Below are positions 60,559 to 64,000 of a stretch of 64,000 nt of DNA, piece after piece. Under the pieces are notes generated by a model. That model saw only the letters and a program-made list of their open reading frames with translations. It was not told where the DNA came from and ran no database searches. The DNA is from Myxococcota bacterium (GTDB lineage Bacteria > Myxococcota_A > UBA796 > UBA9615 > JAKLKC01). The position numbers and the translations under genes are program-made. The stretch spans positions 9,119 through 73,118 of the forward strand of contig JAKLKC010000024.1 in NCBI GenBank assembly GCA_023150875.1, in the 5' to 3' direction. Position 1 is the stretch's first letter; each line of letters begins with the position of its first letter.

Positions 60559-61249
60559 CCTCCACTGCCGCGAGCAGTCCACCGGCGCCTTCGAGCCCCT
60601 CTTCGCCCGGATCTGCGCCGACTCGGACGTCCTGCTTCTCTGTGGGGACCTGACCGATCGCGGCACCGAGGCGGAGGCCCGGGTGCTGGCCCGGGAGATC
60701 GCCCTGGGCTGCCGGGTGCCGGTGATCGCGGTGCTCGGCAACCACGACCACGAGGCCGACGCCGGTGACGGGGTCCGGAGGGCGCTGGTGGAGGCGGGGG
60801 TGAGGGTGCTGGACGGCGAGGCCTGCGAGGTGGGGGGCGTCGGCTTCGCCGGCACCAAGGGCTTCGCGGGCGGCTTCGGGAACCGCGTCCTGGAGCCCTG
60901 GGGGGAGGACAGCCTGAAGTGCATGGTCCGGGAGACCATGGGTGAGGCGCTGAAGCTGGAGGGGGCCCTGGCGAAGCTCCACGCCGTGGAGAGGAGGGTC
61001 GCAGTCCTGCACTACGCCCCCATCCGCGAGACCGTCGAGGGGGAGCCCCTGGAGATCTACCCCTTCCTGGGCTGCTCCCGCCTCGCGCCCCCCCTGGACG
61101 CGTTCCGGGTGGCGGCCTGCTTCCACGGGCACGCCCACTATGGCACCCCCAAGGGCAAGACGGGGCAGGGCACGGCGGTGTACAACTGCGCCTACCCGCT
61201 GCTCCTGCGGACCTCCCCCGAGCGGCCCTGGCACGTGGTCGAGGTCTAG
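60476..61249 (+). CDS. Calcineurin-like metallophosphoesterase
   Basis: GDLH, GDLT, GNHD, HYAP, HGHAH; overlaps upstream NTase, so the start may be further downstream. Confidence 0.88.
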   Translation: MPSNSSETRKESRKTGAARKLRVAALGDLHCREQSTGAFEPLFARICADSDVLLLCGDLTDRGTEAEARVLAREIALGCRVPVIAVLGNHDHEADAGDGVRRALVEAGVRVLDGEACEVGGVGFAGTKGFAGGFGNRVLEPWGEDSLKCMVRETMGEALKLEGALAKLHAVERRVAVLHYAPIRETVEGEPLEIYPFLGCSRLAPPLDAFRVAACFHGHAHYGTPKGKTGQGTAVYNCAYPLLLRTSPERPWHVVEV

Positions 61250-61263
61250 CGGGCCCCCGGGGA

Positions 61264-61671
61264 TCAGGACGGATCGGCGTCGCGGAAGTCGATCTCCAGC
61301 ATCATCACCGAGCGCCCGCACCGGATGAGGTCGCCGTCCTTGATGGCGAACTCCTGGACGGGGGAGCCGTTCAGGAGGGTGCCGTTGGTGCTCTCCTCGT
61401 CCTTCAGGCGGAACTCCCCCTGGACGAACGACAGCGTGGCGTGGCGCGCCGAGACCCGGTCGTCGTGGAGCACGAGGTCGCAGCTCCGGCCGCGGCCGAT
61501 GAGGGAGACCGAGTGGGAGATCTCGATGGCCGCGCCCGCGTCGGGTCCCTCCACGACCCGCAGGACCGCGCGCAGGTCCTCCGGGATGGGTTCGGCGGCC
61601 GCGGGGCGCACGGGCTGGTCGATCACGGTCTTCGTCACGTCACGGGTCACGGCGGTTCCGCTCCGGCGCAC
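61264..61671 (-). CDS. FHA-domain protein
   Basis: IGR, VSARHA, STNGTLLNG, DGDLI. Confidence 0.9.
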   Translation of the reverse strand: MRRSGTAVTRDVTKTVIDQPVRPAAAEPIPEDLRAVLRVVEGPDAGAAIEISHSVSLIGRGRSCDLVLHDDRVSARHATLSFVQGEFRLKDEESTNGTLLNGSPVQEFAIKDGDLIRCGRSVMMLEIDFRDADPS

Positions 61672-61682
61672 GGTGGAGGCCC

Positions 61683-61711
61683 AGGATAGCCGGACACCCT
61701 CTCCCGGGCAA
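61683..61711 (-). promoter_or_regulatory. Sigma70-type promoter of FHA gene
   Basis: Minus strand TTGCCC-N17-TATCCT. Confidence 0.55.
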
Positions 61712-61864
61712 GCGGGCCCGGAACGTCAAGCCCGGGTCACAATCCGCGTTTCTCTAGCAATTTCAAGGCATTGGAATCGACGGCCCTCGGCGGCGTTGCG
61801 CGCGGCGGAGGGGCGGGCGAAGATCGGGGCCGGCGCGGCGGCGCGCCTGGGAGCGACGGACGAC

Positions 61865-63316
61865 ATGCGGGTGTGGATCGGGGCGCTGCTGCTCATCGCC
61901 GTGACCTCCCTCGGTTGCGCCTCGGCCGCAGAGCGGGCGCGGGCCGCCAGGGACAAGGGGCGCACCGACGAGGCCATCCGCCTCTACCAGGAGGCCCTCG
62001 CGGAGGGGCCCACGGCGGACGTCGCCGGAGAGCTCGCCCAGCTCCACCTGGAGCAGGGCCAGGTCCGGCTCGCGCTGGCGACCCTCCAGGGCGCGGGCGA
62101 CGGCGGGGACCCCGCCATGTGGGCCCGCCTGGGGCTCCGGCTCGCCGAGGCGGGGGAGCTCGCCGCCGCCGAGTCCTGCTACCAGAAGGCCCTCGCCGGG
62201 GACGGCGGGAACGCCCTGGCCCGGGCGGGGCTCACCATCGTCCAGGGGCAGCTCGCCCACCGCCGCCGCATCGAGGCGGTGCGCGCCACGGCCGCCGCCG
62301 ACCTCGCCGCCCTGCGGGGGGCCTTCCGGCCCGGCGTCGGAGAAGGGCCCGCCGGGGGTGGCGTCCAGGGCAGTCCCGTGCGCTTCCGCCCCTACCTCAC
62401 CCCGGGGCTGGAGATCTCCTACTCCCGTTCCGGCGAGACCCGGGGGATGGTCGCGGCGTTCGTGACCGACTACGACCGGCTCGAGCTGGACCTGCGGGAG
62501 CGGGGCGCCCTGGGGGTGCGGAGGGACGGGGACGGCCTGGCGGTCCGGGAGACCGTTGCGTCCATCGACCTCCGCCGCGGGCGGGAGCCGCGCTTCCGCT
62601 TCGAGCCCGCCGCGGGCCAGGAGCCGGTCCTGGAGTACGCCGTCTCGTCGGAGGGCGCGGTGCGGGTGACCGGAGGGGCGGACGCCCTGGCCACCGCCCT
62701 CGAGGTAGCGGCCCGCCAGCAGTCCGTGGCCGTGGATCCCCTGCTCAAGGTCGACGCCGAGGGCCTCCAGCGACGGCTGTTGGGGTGGATCGACGGCGCG
62801 CCGGCCTTCGAGGGGGGACGCCACGCCGGCGAGGCGGACGGAGTGGAGCGGCGCCCCGGGGACCGGTGGTTCGGCCTGGCGGTGCTGCGGACGGGGGCCG
62901 GTCCCACCCCCGTCCACTACGAGGCGGAGCTGGTGGGGTGGGCGACCTTCCGGGGGGTGCCGGTGGCCCGGGTGAGCTACGACTTCTTCGGCCACGCCCG
63001 CCACCGCTTCCGGGGCGACGCCCCCGAGGCCCAGGCCCTCTTCGACCTCAAGAAGGCCCTGGGGGGGGGGCTGGGCCGCTGGGGGGAGCCCGACGAGCCC
63101 TTCAGCGGCAAGGGGACCCGCCTGGTGGAGCCCCGGACGATGTGGGTCCTGTCGGAGCAGGTGCTGGTCCGGGGGTGGATGAGCCTCCCGAACCGGGGCG
63201 GCGGCCGGCGGGTGGAGTACGTCCACGAGGGCCGGTACGAGGTCGAGGGACTGGCCGTCCCGGCCGAGGGTGCCCCCGGCGAGCCCGGCCCGGCGGTGGC
63301 CGCGTCTCCTCCCTGA
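61865..63316 (+). CDS. TPR-containing lipoprotein with beta-rich C-terminal domain
   Basis: SLGC lipobox; DEAIRLYQEAL and AAESCYQKAL TPRs. Confidence 0.72.
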   Translation: MRVWIGALLLIAVTSLGCASAAERARAARDKGRTDEAIRLYQEALAEGPTADVAGELAQLHLEQGQVRLALATLQGAGDGGDPAMWARLGLRLAEAGELAAAESCYQKALAGDGGNALARAGLTIVQGQLAHRRRIEAVRATAAADLAALRGAFRPGVGEGPAGGGVQGSPVRFRPYLTPGLEISYSRSGETRGMVAAFVTDYDRLELDLRERGALGVRRDGDGLAVRETVASIDLRRGREPRFRFEPAAGQEPVLEYAVSSEGAVRVTGGADALATALEVAARQQSVAVDPLLKVDAEGLQRRLLGWIDGAPAFEGGRHAGEADGVERRPGDRWFGLAVLRTGAGPTPVHYEAELVGWATFRGVPVARVSYDFFGHARHRFRGDAPEAQALFDLKKALGGGLGRWGEPDEPFSGKGTRLVEPRTMWVLSEQVLVRGWMSLPNRGGGRRVEYVHEGRYEVEGLAVPAEGAPGEPGPAVAASPP

Positions 63317-63342
63317 GCGCGCCCCGGGCGGTAGAGGACGGC

Positions 63343-63382
63343 GGCGCGCGGGGACCGGCTCGGTGGCCGATCCCCGCGCGCC
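63343..63382. terminator. Hairpin between convergent genes
   Basis: 17-bp stem (1 mismatch) ggcgcgcggggaccggc/gccgatccccgcgcgcc. Confidence 0.55.
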
Positions 63383-63432
63383 TTCAGGAGCCCGCCGCCC
63401 CCCGTCGCGAGGGGCGGCGGTTGCCCGGGGGC

Positions 63433-63999
63433 TCAGTACTCCGCGTCGATCCCCGCGTCGTCCACGTCGAGGCCGGCGTCGTCCACGTTCGTGCCGAAGC
63501 CGGCGCCCATTCCGGGGCCGATGCCCGCGCCGAAGCCCTGGGCGCCGAGCCCGACGCCCGCCCCGTGCACCGGCATGCCGGCGCCGAGCCCGAGCCCCGC
63601 CCCGTGCACGCCCGCGCCGATGCCCGCGCCGAAGGCGGGGACGCCGGCGCCGATGCCGTAGCCGGTGGTGGGGCAGGCGGCCGCGGCCCCGTACCCCAGG
63701 TTGACCGCGCCGAGGCCGTAGTTCAGCCCGACGGCGCCGTACGCGGGACCCACCAGGGCGGCGGTGGGCACGCAGGTCACGCCGTAGCCGAGGCCGCCGT
63801 AGCCGAGGCCGCCGTACCCGAGACCACCCCAGCCGAGGCCGCCCCAGCCGAGGCCGCCCCAGCCGAGACCGCCCCAGCCGAGGCCGCCCCAGCCGAGGCC
63901 ACCCAGGCCCCACAGGCCCCGGCCGAAGCCGAGGCCCCGGCCGAAGCCGAAGCCCCGGCCGAAGCCGAGGCCCCGGCCGAAGCCGAAGCCCCGGTGGAA
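63433..63999 (-). CDS. Glycine-rich repeat protein, C-terminal part (partial)
   Basis: Open frame to window end: (GFGRG[FL])n, (GGLGW)x5, (GGLGY)x3, then GAG-rich region and acidic tail. Confidence 0.75.
   Translation of the reverse strand, partial: FHRGFGFGRGLGFGRGFGFGRGLGFGRGLWGLGGLGWGGLGWGGLGWGGLGWGGLGWGGLGYGGLGYGGLGYGVTCVPTAALVGPAYGAVGLNYGLGAVNLGYGAAAACPTTGYGIGAGVPAFGAGIGAGVHGAGLGLGAGMPVHGAGVGLGAQGFGAGIGPGMGAGFGTNVDDAGLDVDDAGIDAEY
63781..63995 (-). repeat. 15-bp and 18-bp tandem repeats
   Basis: gccgaggccgcccca units and gccgaagccgaggccccg units. Confidence 0.85.
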
Positions 64000-64000
64000 G

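Overview
Very GC-rich bacterial DNA. A MYXO-CTERM-like motif, MopE-type Asp/Cys repeats and DDDT linkers point to a Myxococcota/Deltaproteobacteria-like organism (inference). In order, the window contains: (1) the end of a flagellar filament operon (fliC 3' end, fliD, fliS, FliT-like, PilZ, OM-barrel/FlgT-like gene); (2) a lower-GC two-gene insert encoding an ADP-ribosyltransferase-like orphan coupled to an ImmA/IrrE-like protein whose HExxH has become HLLGH; (3) matB, an internally deleted cmk remnant and a vapBC TA pair, bracketed by a 25-bp direct repeat; (4) a MopE-repeat/MYXO-CTERM/OmpA polyprotein behind a sigma28-like promoter; (5) a three-gene secreted FlgT/CsgG-like cluster, one member carrying a symmetric ~108-aa predicted beta-hairpin; (6) a ~30-kb surface-glycan region with GT-C membrane proteins, NTP-transferase-GT2, WecG/TagA, WcaJ, Wzx, epimerase, DegT, SGNH, three B12-binding radical SAM genes, a multiheme cytochrome and an orphan R-M controller-like gene with a C-box; (7) a GH-A-like plus FG-GAP gene pair flanked by diverged direct repeats; (8) an RsmB-like methyltransferase, nucleotidyltransferase/metallophosphoesterase, FHA and TPR genes, and a partial Gly-rich GGLGW/GGLGY repeat protein. 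No rRNA, tRNA, CRISPR array, transposase or integrase was recognised. All calls are by-eye motif recognition; no searches were run.
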